Positions 44,808 to 57,159 of a stretch of 64,000 bases of DNA are shown piece by piece. Origin of the DNA: Schmidtea nova (Eukaryota); assembly GCA_044892505.1 (NCBI GenBank), contig CM097882.1:547584001-547648000 (forward strand), given 5' to 3'. The notes below the pieces were generated by a model. It made no database searches. It saw only the letters and a program-made list of their open reading frames with translations, and had not been told where the DNA came from. The position numbers and the translations under genes were made by a program. Position 1 is the first letter of the stretch; every line of letters starts with the position of its first letter.

Positions 44808-46028
44808 ATGGAAAAAATCAACAGACCAGCAAGATTATACGGGAAATATTATCAAGAAAGAAGAAGCTATACAGACAAAGTTATCGTAATAGAAGAAAAT
44901 TTGAAAATTCCTAATTGGGTAAGGTTAGGGAATGAAGAAATGAGAATATGTATGGTGGAATTGGAATGGAAATCCAATACGAAATTTTCAGAAGTGTTAA
45001 TAAGAAGAAACGAAGAGACATGGGAGGTTCATGTTTTTAAAGGAAGAGTAGAAATTTTAGAGAATGATGCAACGGTTCTACAAACATTGGAAACTAATTC
45101 ATCATGGAAGATATCAAAAGAAATATGGCATAAGAAGATGCGAGCAGCCAATGGAACGGCTTGCATTGTTTTAGAATGCCGAGGACCAGCTCCAACAATC
45201 CCGGCATTAGAACAAATTATGACCAATGAAGAAGAAAATAGGTTACTCCCGATAACCGAAGAAATGTTAAAGCACCGAAAATCATTTTTGAGAAAACAAA
45301 TGACAAAAGAAGAAATTAGAAAAAATATTATGTTCATGGACGCGGAATATGGCGTAAGTGAGCAAAACAAGATGGTTCCGCTGTCTATTTGTTTAATAAA
45401 CTATGACGGAAGAATATTGTATAACTCATTAATAACCCCCAGAGAAAAGCTAAAAAATTACGTTACCCAAATTCACGGCATCACAGAGAAGATGTCAAGA
45501 AATCAAGATGATCAATACAAGAGTCAGAGGAAAATTCAGCAATTAACGGCAAGGAAAATCTTGATTGGACATGATCTCCAAAGCGAACTATTGTACAGTG
45601 GAGTACAGACAAGGGATCTATGGGGTATTCGCGATTTGGCGGCAGCTCGAGCATTGACAAAAAGAAGAGTCACAAGGAACGGGCAATGGTATAAATTGTC
45701 AATAGTAGCCGAAGAAATATGTGGCATCAGAATGCAAAAAGGGAATCATACGGCATTAGAAGACACTGATGCAATTAGAAGAATTTATTTGGCCATAGAA
45801 AATGAATGGCAGGATGATGTAGAGTGTGCTGAAACAACCAGCAAAAGAAAATATTCGTTAGAAGAGTATAGGAAAAGAAAGGCTCCAACAACCAGTGAGC
45901 AGATGGAGGAACCAAAAGAGAAGAGGAAAGCAGAAGTTCAGCAAATGGAACAAGACATTCACATGGTGGAACACATGCATATTGCTCGTAAGAAAACTGC
46001 GAAAATGATGGTTGAGAAAAAAACTTGA
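44808..46028 (+). CDS. ORF2 copy 3 (cupin-like plus DEDDh exonuclease)
   Basis: Protein identical to copy 1 from ATG 44808. Confidence 0.85.
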   Translation: MEKINRPARLYGKYYQERRSYTDKVIVIEENLKIPNWVRLGNEEMRICMVELEWKSNTKFSEVLIRRNEETWEVHVFKGRVEILENDATVLQTLETNSSWKISKEIWHKKMRAANGTACIVLECRGPAPTIPALEQIMTNEEENRLLPITEEMLKHRKSFLRKQMTKEEIRKNIMFMDAEYGVSEQNKMVPLSICLINYDGRILYNSLITPREKLKNYVTQIHGITEKMSRNQDDQYKSQRKIQQLTARKILIGHDLQSELLYSGVQTRDLWGIRDLAAARALTKRRVTRNGQWYKLSIVAEEICGIRMQKGNHTALEDTDAIRRIYLAIENEWQDDVECAETTSKRKYSLEEYRKRKAPTTSEQMEEPKEKRKAEVQQMEQDIHMVEHMHIARKKTAKMMVEKKT

Positions 46029-49000
46029 TTTATTTAAAAATGCAATTGTGGAAATGGACAAAATAATGATGCAACAAAATAGTGTTGAAAAAGGAAATCA
46101 AACAAAAGAAGGAATAGTGGTCGATAAGATGATCACGTTCAATGGTGAGGAATTGGAAGCAACAAAGGTTGTCGTCACGTATAGAGGAAGAAACCAAACT
46201 ATCAAAATTGTAATTGATAAATAGAATTTTATTAAAGAAAGTCTTATTGTTATTTATTTCCTATCCCAAAATTATCTAAATATTAAAAATTCAAAAAAAT
46301 AATAAAATAAAATAAAATAGTAAATATTAATTTCTGCGAAAAATTAAATTCGTAGTCCCATAGTTCCTCGAGTAAAATTAATTTCAGTGAAAAAAAATTA
46401 GAAGTATCAATTAATTAATTGGATAGTAATGATAAAATATATGACAATATATGTAATTGAGTATAGTAAGAATTACGATACTAATACGCCTGTAGTAGAA
46501 GTTCGATAGGACGTCACTCAGGTAATATAAATATGTATAAATATTTAATATAATAAATGTATAAAAAAAAAAAAATTTTTTTTTAATTAAATAATCTGAT
46601 TATAGGGTTTTTAGAATGCAGATCTCGAACTTCGGGATTTGTATTCTCAAAACCAATTACCCTACCAGCCTGCAGCACAGGCGTAACCAGCTGGTGAGAT
46701 AATTTAAAATAATTAATAACACCTATGGTAAGTGTAGGTAGCTAAGCGTAATAAAGTAAAATATATGTATATATATACAAAATAATAAAATCAGAGTAGT
46801 AAACAATTAAAACTATAAAATAAAATAAAGATTAAATTAAATTAAAAAAAATTAAATATTTAAAAAGTATCATAAACAAATGCAGGTTTAAATAAAATTA
46901 AATAAAATGAAATAATATAAAATTATAAACCAGAGTCAATATAGGATTAATAATGGTAATAAATGGTAATGAAATAGCAGGATAGAATTGAAGTAAAATT
47001 GAATTGAAATAATAAAATAGAGTAAAATAAATCGTCATCATCATATTATATATCATCATTATTATTATCAGTGTTATTATTATTAGTATCATATTACGAT
47101 TTATTATTATTATTATTATTAGGATTATTATTGTTATTATTATAATTATTAGTATCATTAACATTATTATCCTCATCATCATAGTATTATCATTAGTACT
47201 ACAATTGTTTTTTTTTGAGGCAATTGGTATTGTTGGTAGTGTAATGAAAAAAAAAAAAAATAAATAAATAAATAAATAAATTTAAACAATTGAGAAAACC
47301 TTTCTGACGGATTTAATGGATAAATTACCCAAATATTTTCTATCATTTGGTGAGATTGGAACACTTTGGTTTCTTTGGTCGGAGGATGTCGCATCTATCG
47401 ATAATTCGGTGGTGTTGCTTTGAGATCATTGATGTTCTTTTCCTGTTCTCGGTTGTGATGGTGATAGTGGGGTGGTGGTGATTATTACAAAGTATTATAG
47501 NNNNNNNNNNNNNNNNNNNNNNNNNNNNNNNNNNNNNNNNNNNNNNNNNNNNNNNNNNNNNNNNNNNNNNNNNNNNNNNNNNNNNNNNNNNNNNNNNNNN
47601 NNNNNNNNNNNNNNNNNNNNNNNNNNNNNNNNNNNNNNNNNNNNNNNNNNNNNNNNNNNNNNNNNNNNNNNNNNNNNNNNNNNNNNNNNNNNNNNNNNNN
47701 NNNNNNNNNNNNNNNNNNNNNNNNNNNNNNNNNNNNNNNNNNNNNNNNNNNNNNNNNNNNNNNNNNNNNNNNNNNNNNNNNNNNNNNNNNNNNNNNNNNN
47801 NNNNNNNNNNNNNNNNNNNNTTTATCATTATCATGATTATTATTGTTATTAATTTCATTCTGTTGTTNNNNNNNNNNNNNNNNNNNNNNNNNNNNNNNNN
47901 NNNNNNNNNNNNNNNNNNNNNNNNNNNNNNNNNNNNNNNNNNNNNNNNNNNNNNNNNNNNNNNNNNNNNNNNNNNNNNNNNNNNNNNNNNNNNNNNNNNN
48001 NNNNNNNNNNNNNNNNNNNNNNNNNNNNNNNNNNNNNNNNNNNNNNNNNNNNNNNNNNNNNNCATCATCATCATATTATTATTATTATTATTGTTATTAT
48101 TATTATAAATTATTATTAGCCATTATTATTATTAAAATAAAAATATAATATTATTATTATAAATTATTATAAACTATTATTATTAAAATATAAATGTTAT
48201 TATTATTATTTTAGTACTANNNNNNNNNNNNNNNNNNNNNNNNNNNNNNNNNNNNNNNNNNNNNNNNNNNNNNNNNNNNNNNNNNNNNNNNNNNNNNNNN
48301 NNNNNNNNNNNNNNNNNNNNNNNNNNNNNNNNNNNNNNNNNNNNNNNNNNNNNNNNNNNNNNNNNNNNNNNNNNNNNNNNNNNNNNNNNNNNNNNNNNNN
48401 NNNNNNNNNNATTATTGTTACTGTTATTATTATCATTATTATGACCATTATTGTCATCATCATCATATTATTATTATTATTATTGTTATTATTATTATAA
48501 ATTGTTATTAGCCATTATTATTATTAAAATAAAAATATAATATTATTATTATAAATTATTATAAGTAACTCACATTTTGCAGGATGGGCATAAAATGAAA
48601 ATCTAGTAGTGGGAATGAAAACATTCCCGAAGGAATGTCGATTATATAGAATCGACATTCCAACGAAACCAAATTTAAATTGCTATCTGGACAGATAGCG
48701 GCGAGGCAATTTTTTTGGCAATAAATGCCACAGGCACAGAAAGGAAAAAAAAAAAAAAATTCCGCTATCTTGACAACTAGTCAGGATAGCGGTGAAGTAC
48801 AAACAAAAATGGAAGGCACATAAGTGCCATCAAGATAGCAAAATGAATTAAAAATAAAATTTTTTTATTATAAAGATAACTAAATTAATTAATAAAATTA
48901 TTATTANNNNNNNNNNNNNNNNNNNNNNNNNNNNNNNNNNNNNNNNNNNNNNNNNNNNNNNNNNNNNNNNNNNNNNNNNNNNNNNNNNNNNNNNNNNNNN

Positions 49001-49470
49001 NNNNNNNNNNNNNNNNNNNNNNNNNNNNNNNNNNNNNNNNNNNNNNNNNNNNNNNNNNNNNNNNNNNNNNNNNNNNNNNNNNNNNNNNNNNNNNNNNNNN
49101 NNNNNNNNNNNNNNNNNNNNNNNNNNNNNNNNNNNNNNNNNNNNNNNNNNNNNNNNNNNNNNNNNNNNNNNNNNTTATCACTATTGTCAATACTGATGAT
49201 AAAATTATAGGAATTAATTTAAATTTGTAATATTAGTATATTTATTATCACTACGATAATTATCATTATAAAAAAAAATGGGTAGTGCTATTGTTATTAC
49301 AGTTAGTATGAAAATTGTTATCCCTATTATCGTAAACTAGTATTTATTTAAAAATAATAAATTAGAATATTATAGAGAAGCGTTTATTGGAAAATAATAG
49401 TGGGGGCATTGTACGAAAGATAACTTAAGATTTTAATTCGAGGACGAATTTTTTTTAAAGGGGGGAGATA

Positions 49471-50518
49471 TGTTGAGGATACCTAAATTCAAAATAATAT
49501 AATAAATAAACAAAATTACTTAGGGGAATTACTTGAGGATACCTAAATTCAAAATAATATAATAAATAAACAAAATTACTTGGGGGAAAATTGTCATGGG
49601 GAATGACACGATGGATTGGAGCCTGGGAAAGAAAACGGAAGTAAAAAGGAATGAGAAATGAGAAGGGGAAACAAAAGAAAAGAAATCAGACAAGCAAAAC
49701 GAAATAGAGGTCAGCACTAATTAACTAGTGCAAATAGGAAGAAATTCTAAAGTTGGGAAAAACAAAAACAACAACAAGAATTTTATCTTGACAACCGGTC
49801 AGAGATAATGTGGGCAAAAAGCAAACAAGCCGAAGCGGCAAAAAGGAGAAAAACAGAGATTATCTTGACAGCTGTCAAAGATAATTCCGTTGCTGAGAAA
49901 ATGAATGGAAAATCATGTTGGAGAAATGTAACAACAGCTGATAATTTCAAGTGCTACAAAGTGAAGAAGTATAAAAGGAGGAAGCACCTAAAAACAAACA
50001 CAACATTGTATACAGAAGTGGTTAGAGAAAATATTTGAGAGAAAGCGTTTGAGAAAATAAAGCTAGTAAAATTCATTAAAAAGGAAGCAGAAAAACGTCC
50101 AGAGAAAGTTAAAGAAGAGTCAAAAGGAGAATCCAATAATTGAAACCAGAAACTAAGGGATAAGCAGCAGGAGCTTATTCAAGCGTTTGAGAAAATAAAG
50201 CTAGTAAAATTCAGAGAGTAAATCCAAGTCAAATAAAGAAAACAACCAGTCAAATTACCAATTGTTATACTCCCCAGCAGTGAGTGATTTCGAACATCGA
50301 TTATACACTAGTGCTATTCTTCACTATAGTGTCGTAATAAGCACTGTATAATCAGCTGTAGTTTGAATTTGGTCAGTTCATTGTAAATCGAAGTTATTTG
50401 TGATAATCAATAAAATTTCCTGTTGTCAGTTGTTATTGTGGGTCAATAAAGAGCACGTTTTGGAGTCAGGGTAATAATTTGTTAATTATAAAGTCACCAA
50501 CGACCCAATAACCCAACA
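49471..50518 (+). repeat. LTR4, terminal 3' LTR (1048 bp)
   Basis: PPT upstream; followed by ATAT and unique flank rather than a PBS. Confidence 0.93.
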
Positions 50519-50522
50519 ATAT
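50519..50522 (+). other. Right target-site duplication ATAT
   Basis: Matches 1904-1907. Confidence 0.85.
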
Positions 50523-50999
50523 TTAGTTTTATATTTCTTTAGTTTATTATGTTTAATTATTTTTAAAGTTTTTATGTATTGACAAGATTTCAAACGGTTT
50601 TATTGTTCAGGGTTTTCATTTTTTTTTGTGTCAATATTTTTATTTAATGTAAAAATAATTGTTTCTGTTTACAAATATTATTATTAAATTTCATCTGCTC
50701 TTGTAGTTGCACTCTGTAGAATCGTCTTTAAAATTTCGACTATTGTCACAATTCTCGCATTCATTTCATCCGTTTTCAAAGTTCTGATATTCGATTTTCT
50801 AAAGATCATTTTACAAAAATTATATAATATATCAAAAATTATCAATTAATAAAAAACTACTCGAAATGTTAGTCAGTACATTAAAACAAAAACGTCGTTC
50901 GATTAAGTAAAAACATGTTATCGAGTGTGTTACGGGTAATAATTAATGTGTTGTATGTTTTGATGTTACCAACAGTAGTCACTGCCGTTACACAATGGC

Positions 51000-51460
51000 G
51001 TATTTACCTTAGCAACAGGTTCCAAGGAGACAATACTTTAATGTGTGTGTCTACTCTAGCAAAAGGTTCCTCGATGATTATATATTGATATGTGTTTACC
51101 CTGGCAACAGGTTCCTCGGGGATTATATATTGTTGTGTGTATTTTCCTTGACATCATCTTCCTCGGGGACTATATATTGCTGTGTGTAGTTACTTTAACT
51201 ACATCTATAAGTAAGAATTATATATTGATGTGTATGTATGTATGTTTACCCAGGCAACAAGGTCCTCAGGGAAGTCACCCTATTGTGTGTATTTACCCTG
51301 GAAACAGTTTCCTCGAAAAAAATACATTGGTGTGTGTTTACCCTAGCAACATATTTCACTAGGACTATAAATTGATATATGTGTGTATTTACCCTGTCAA
51401 CCTGTTCTTCGGGGATTATATATTGATGTGTGTGTACTAACCTTAGCAACCGTTGCTATG
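51000..51460. repeat. Degenerate ~45-bp minisatellite (core GTGTTTACCCTGGCAACAGGTTCCTCGGGGATTATATATTG), about 9 units
   Basis: Recurring TTTACCCTRGCAAC...CCTCGG...TATATTG...GTGTG. Confidence 0.8.
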
Positions 51461-51499
51461 TGGAAAAAGTGGTTCAGAGTCCTCACTATCCCCTACTAA

Positions 51500-52605
51500 T
51501 TTGTCATATAGAGTACTTAATCTTGCTTTAATAATATCTAATTTTTCATATATAAGGTACCTAATTCGACTTTAAATAAAAATTATTTTCATATATTAAG
51601 TACTTAATTTTGCCGTTAATAAAAAGATTTTCATATATGACCTACTTAATTTGATAATAAATATTTAATTTTTCATATATGACCTACTTTATTTGACCTT
51701 AAATTGTCCTTAAATTATAATTTTTCATATATGACCTACTTATTTTAAATTAAATAATACGATTTTCATATATGACCTACTTTATTTTGTCTTAAATAAA
51801 AATATTTCATATATGACCTACTTAATTTTAAATTAAATAATAATGTCTTCATATATGACCTACTTAATTTAAATTATATAAAAATATTTTCATATATGAC
51901 CTACTTAATTTGACTTTAATAATATTTAATTTTCATGTAAAAAGTACCTAATTTGACTTTAAATTAAGTATTTAAATATATGACCTACTTAATTTAAAAA
52001 TATTTCATATATGACCTACTTTATTTAATTTAAATAATATCTAATTTTCATACAAAAGTACCTAATTTTACTTTAAATTCAATATTTAAATATATGACCT
52101 ACTTAATTTCATATATGACCTACTTAATTTAATTTAAATAATATCTAATTTTCGTATAAAAAGTACCTAATTTTACTTTAAATTAAATATTTAACACGTT
52201 GACGGACAGTATTAAAATTACAGCATTAAAATTACTTGAACTTGACGGCTATAGACGCAACTGTCCGTCAACGTGTTAAATATATGACCTACTTTATTTG
52301 ACCTTAAATTATCCTTAAATTATAATATTTTAATATTTAATATATGACCTACTTTATTTGTCCTTAAATCGACCTAGATCTACTTTTTGTCCTTAAAGTG
52401 CCCTAAAACCATAAATTTGATCTTAAACTCACCTAAAAGTGTCCTTAAAGTGTAATAAAATCAAAAATTTGACCTTAAATTCACCTTAAGCGAAAAATTG
52501 GACCTGAATGACCTTAAAATGACCTACTTAAAATTTGACCTACATAAAAAATTTTTTTCCTAGGGGGGTTGACCTATATATGACGGGGACACATCCTACT
52601 ACTAG
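51500..52605. repeat. AT-rich degenerate tandem repeat (core TTTTCATATATGACCTACTT); possibly a non-autonomous element ending in CTAG
   Basis: Many ATATGACCTACTT variants; ends ...CTACTACTAG|T at 52605. Element class uncertain. Confidence 0.65.
52195..52275. mobile_element. 81-bp piggyBac-type MITE
   Basis: Perfect 16-bp TIRs CACGTTGACGGACAGT / ACTGTCCGTCAACGTG; TTAA TSD at 52191 and 52276; it interrupts a TTAA in the surrounding repeat. Confidence 0.88.
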
Positions 52606-52794
52606 TTTCGTCTATACTCTTTAATATATGTTCTGCCGGCTAGCAAACGTAACATTTTATCTCATTCGTTGTCACAGTTTACAGCATGTGCTTTGTGAAA
52701 TAGTGGTTATAATACCTACATTATTGTTTATTTTGGAAGTATTTATATCAAAAGGTAAGCACATTTATTTTTTTGTCCCAATATTAATTTTTAG

Positions 52795-54819
52795 TGTGAC
52801 TGATATGTCCCAAAGGTGGCAACTGCAATGTTACAACTTTTTTTTATTTGCAGCGTGGGTTAAAAATATCTAAGCGAAAAAGAATTAGAAGACATTTTAA
52901 ATTCATGGTCCTCTGAAATTGAGGACACCTTTCACACAACTGATGACGAGTCTGATAGCGATTTTGAACCTTCAGAGGCCAAGAGATCAAAAAGAAATGT
53001 GCCACACCAGCAAGATTCAGATGAAAGCGGAACTAATTTTTCTACAAATAGTGATTTGGAATTGGAAGGTGATGAAAACTCTGACCCTGCAGATAATATC
53101 GCTGATTCTGAGAAACAACAAAAAGCTAAAAGCACAAGAACTACTATTCATTGGAACAACATAGAACAGATTGCCAACTTTCAACAAAAAAGATTATGCC
53201 TCCTTCTCACGATGCAGTCGTTACAGCAAATCTTCATCGCGCGTCATCAAAATTGGAAGTATTTTTGAAGTTATTTCCAAAAAGTTTATTTATATACATA
53301 GCACAAAACACTAATAAAAGAAAAAGCATATTCAATAAAAATAATAAACGGGAAATACCACCAACAGATCATTTCGAAATAATGATAGTTATTGGTTGCA
53401 TGTTCATAATGTGCTACAATCGTGTGCCTTCCTTGTACGATTACTGGTTAAAAATTAAGAGCTTGGGTAATGAATAAGTCAAAACAAGCCATAAGTCGAG
53501 ATCGTTTCACCATTCTTTTATCTAAAATGTATTACACTGATCCTGAGAAGCCAGAAGATAGTGGTAAGACTTACTACGTGGATGACCTTACTTCTTGTTT
53601 GAAGCAAAGGTTTCAGTCGGCTCGATCTATGTGCTCCCATTTGAGCATAGATGAATCGATGGCCAAATTAAAAGGTCGATCTACACTCAAACAATATCTT
53701 TCACTCAAGCCTATAAAACGGGGCATAAAAATATGGGAGCTTTGTGACGCTAAGACTGGCTATGTTTATAATTTCGATATTTACTCGGGTAAAGATCCAC
53801 AATCTAATTCAGACTGCACTCTTGGAGAACGTGTTGTCAAAAAGCTTGTAGAGCGTATTCCAGAGACCGAAAGAATTTTCCTATGCTTTGACCGATTTTT
53901 TACTTCAGTGAGACTACTTTATGACTTACCATTTGCCGCATCAGGAACATGTATCAGGAATAGGAAAAATGTTCCAGACATAAAGATGAAATTAGCCAGA
54001 GGCGAATACAAAATCATTGCGACAGATTCGGGACTCACTGCGAGTTTTTGGCAAGATACAAAAGAAGTACTTGTCTTGAGCAACTGCCACTCCAATGAGA
54101 TAGTGGGAGTAAATAGAAAGTTACAAACTGGCGACAAAGTGACGTATTCTTGTCCAAAATCTATAGCTGACTATAGACGATGTAGATCTGTCAGACCACC
54201 TAACCACCGTCTATGATTTCGACAGAAAATCTTCCAAGTGGTGGCGTAAGGTGTTTTACAAATTATTAATGACATCAACAGTCAATGCATGTATTTTGTA
54301 CAGCAAAATAAATCACAAAAAGGAAAAGACTCTACTATTCTTGGTAGACTTGGCTGAAGACCTAATAGGTAAGGGAAGGGAAAGTGCAAATATTAAGAAA
54401 AATCGTACAAGTGGGCGGCCATCAACGTCAGCAAGACATCTATACAACGTTGGGGATCATTTACCAGTCCAAGGAAAAACACGCATGAGGTACTTTAGTT
54501 GGGCCAAAAAGAAAATTGAACATAATGCGAAAACGATGTGCACCTCATGCGATCTCCCATTATGCGATAGTTGTTTTACACCATTTCACGTATAAAAATG
54601 TACCTTGTAACATTTAGAATAAACCTTTTTCTTATTTTTCTATAATAGTTTGATTTTCTATAAAACACTGTTGGGACATATATGTCCCGCACTCAAATTT
54701 CAAATTTGCAGCATAGGAAAAATTTGAAATCAACATTACACGTTTTAAACAAGCTATATAGCTGATTTCTATCGTTAAAGTTACAGAAATTTCATTTTTT
54801 AAAATTCGTCGTCAAAGGG
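52795..54819 (+). mobile_element. piggyBac element remnant (right end intact, left TIR not found)
   Basis: Right end ...TCGTCGTCAAAGGG|TTAA at 54819; inverted subterminal ATATGTCCCAA (~52804) and TTGGGACATAT (~54672). Confidence 0.7.
52860..54595 (+). pseudogene. Degraded piggyBac (PGBD4-like) transposase
   Basis: Acidic N-terminus, SRDRF, SIDESM, KPIKRGIKIW, FDRFFTS, VDLSD...KWWRKVFY and a C-terminal Cys-rich CTSCDLPLC..C...H; several frameshifts. Confidence 0.9.
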
Positions 54820-56630
54820 TTAAACATCGACATAATTTATTAAAAATATGATTTCAGTATGAATATAATGAAGTATTATATATGAAGTATTATAATTGAT
54901 TTATTTATTTAATATTTGTCATTAGTTATCACTACATTTTCTTTTATACATTAAAACAAGAAAAAAACGAAAACATATAAAAATACAGTAACTACAAAAG
55001 TTACATACACTTTAAACAAAAGTTTTGAGCTATGACAAGTTGTGTGGACAGTTGGTTTTATTTGTAAATCTATACAATGAGTGTTTTTAATTTCTAAAAC
55101 AAGTGTTAAGTGTTGAAAAAGTGTTCAGTGTCACACATTTTTAAATGGAGTGTTAGTGTCCCAAATCTTTTAGTCTTGTTTTATCCAATTTGATATCGGT
55201 TTATATACTATGAAATTTTACTTCTTCATTTTTCGACTTTACTAGTTAAATTCTTTTTTTCAAAAATTAAATTAATATTTTTGTATAAAATTTCATTAAA
55301 GTTTTAAATCAATTTATTCTAATTCAATAATTTTATTTTTAAACAAAGTCTTTCCTAATTTTACAAATTTTTATTTTAATATAAATCGAAAGATTTTTCC
55401 AAAAGAATTTTGAATTTTTTCTAGTTTGTAATTAATTTACTGAAAATAATGTTTTTATGTTGTTTTTATGTTTTTACATATCTACTTAAGCATTGTATTT
55501 GTTTTATTTTAAAACATGTTTTAATTAAATTGTATTGGGTTTCTATGGTTATTATTGTTGTTTTGGTGTTTTCTGGTAGTATTTTAAATTCAGTTCTTTC
55601 GCGCTATCTACATTTTATGTTACCACTCCGACCAAAAAAACTTTTTTGGGTTTAGTTTTTGCCAAACAGAATAAAAGAAATTAAGGAGTCTGACTAAGAA
55701 TTGAACCAGGAGGTAGAGATAGGACGATATTTAGAATTGCTAGAGAAAAAATAAGCGTATATTTCAAATATCATAATACGATGTTAGAGAAAGTTAAGAG
55801 TTGATAAGTTTAAGTAGGCTTTAAAGTAAAGATTAATTATGAGCGTAAGACATTCTATCAACAGTAGGAATCCGAAAGAGAGAATACAACGAGTAGTTTT
55901 CACAATAAAGCTCATCCATCCATTGAATTTTTACACAACTGTGTACACTACCAACGTAGATTATCAAGGAGTAACTATGGGCACACGAGCGAGGGAGTTT
56001 TAAAGATTTCATAATAATGTGTGGGTTACCACAATCCCTACTAACAACAATTTTTAAGAACCCATACACCAACACTGTCAAATAATTAAAAGACAATTAA
56101 AATGTAAAAGTATAGATAAATTTATCTATAATTTATAAATATAATTATATAATTAGTTTATTTTATCTTTACTAATATCAATATAAAATGGTTATTAAAT
56201 TAAAAAATAACAACCTAATTTAAATGAAACATTATTAAATAAAAAATTAACATCATCAATTGAAAACTTAGCAATTTTAAATGACAAATCACATCAATTG
56301 ATGAATAATTTTAACGAAAATTTTGAATGTTTTTATCAATTGCAAAATTATCAATAGTTTTTTTTTAAAGAAAATATTAAATAAAATTTTTCGTATGTAA
56401 ATTATACCAAATAATCTTTTAATATTCAATTACAAAAATTCGATAATTATTGAATTTGTTTTAATTAATCACTTAAATCTGTTATACCGAGAGCTCATTT
56501 TAACGAATGTGGTTAATTTTAAATTAAATGTATAAGAGTTCGTTTGATAGACGAAGCAGCTTAGGCAAGACTTAATTATTTTAAAATGTTAAGTGGTTAA
56601 TTATTTTTAATTTTACTTTTTACAAATCAG

Positions 56631-56959
56631 ATAGTATTGGTCAAAACATTTTCGATTTTCCAAAATATTCTACCAACCTATCAGGTCCGTATTATTTGAT
56701 GACAAAACCATTTCGAGTAGTCGATGTTTATGATGTAGCAGCTGAAATAGGGAAAGATTTTGAGAGAATTATCGATCAATTCGGAACAGATGCTGTCTCG
56801 GGTCTGATGCCAAAAGTTATCGGTGTGCTGGAGGAATTAGAAGAATATGCTCAACGATATGAAACAGAAGCCAAAGATATTGTTAATCTTCAGGCTACCG
56901 TTCAGAAACTTGAATTAGAGAATTTAGCTCGTGCTCAAGAACGCACACGTTATGAAAAA
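56631..56959 (+). CDS. RILPL1: Host exon: RILP-like protein, RH1 domain
   Basis: VVDVYDVAAEIGKDFERIIDQFGTDAVSGLMPKVIGVLEELE resembles the RILPL1 RH1 segment; acceptor CAG at 56630 and donor GT at 56960. Confidence 0.8.
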
Positions 56960-57008
56960 GTTAGATTTCATACTATCATTTTAAATAATTTTATATAAAT
57001 TAAAAAAG

Positions 57009-57159
57009 GATTTGGAACAAATAGAAGAAACTTGGCACTCTGAAACAAAAGAATTAATGAACATGATTGAAAAATTACAAGAAGACAATAAACGTCTTCA
57101 CGAAGAATTACAAAAAGTATTCGAAAATTCAGAAGAAACAGAATCCCAAATTACAAAAG
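57009..57159 (+). CDS. RILPL1: Host exon: RILP-like protein, continuation after a 49-bp intron
   Basis: DLEQIEETWHSETKELMNMIEKLQEDNKRL resembles ELELVEDVWRGEAQDLLSQIAQLQEENKQL. The 3' boundary is uncertain (GC donor at 57160 or GT donor at 57164). Confidence 0.75.

Larger units (their letters stand above)
1908..50518 (+). mobile_element. Tandem trimer of an env-bearing Ty3/Gypsy LTR retroelement (LTR-int-LTR-int-LTR-int-LTR, shared LTRs)
   Basis: Unit periods are 15859, 15852 and 15912 bp; unmasked sequence is near-identical; there are 4 LTRs and one ATAT TSD pair; domain order PR-RT-RH-IN. Confidence 0.95.

Noticed and set aside
50684-50809. 41-aa minus-strand ORF in the right flank (MIFRKSNIRT...) as a Polinton small gene
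   Set aside because: Too short and has no recognisable motif; cannot be supported without a search.
51500-52605. Confident Helitron call
   Set aside because: It ends in CTAG|T, but no convincing subterminal hairpin or 5' TC end was found; kept only as a repeat.
52750-52860. Intron (AG|GTAAGC ... TTTGCAG|) at the 5' end of the piggyBac transposase
   Set aside because: The splice signals look plausible, but no upstream ATG exon could be identified in this decayed copy.
55680-56100. GC-richer island and 87-aa minus-strand ORF
   Set aside because: No termini, TSD or protein motif recognised.
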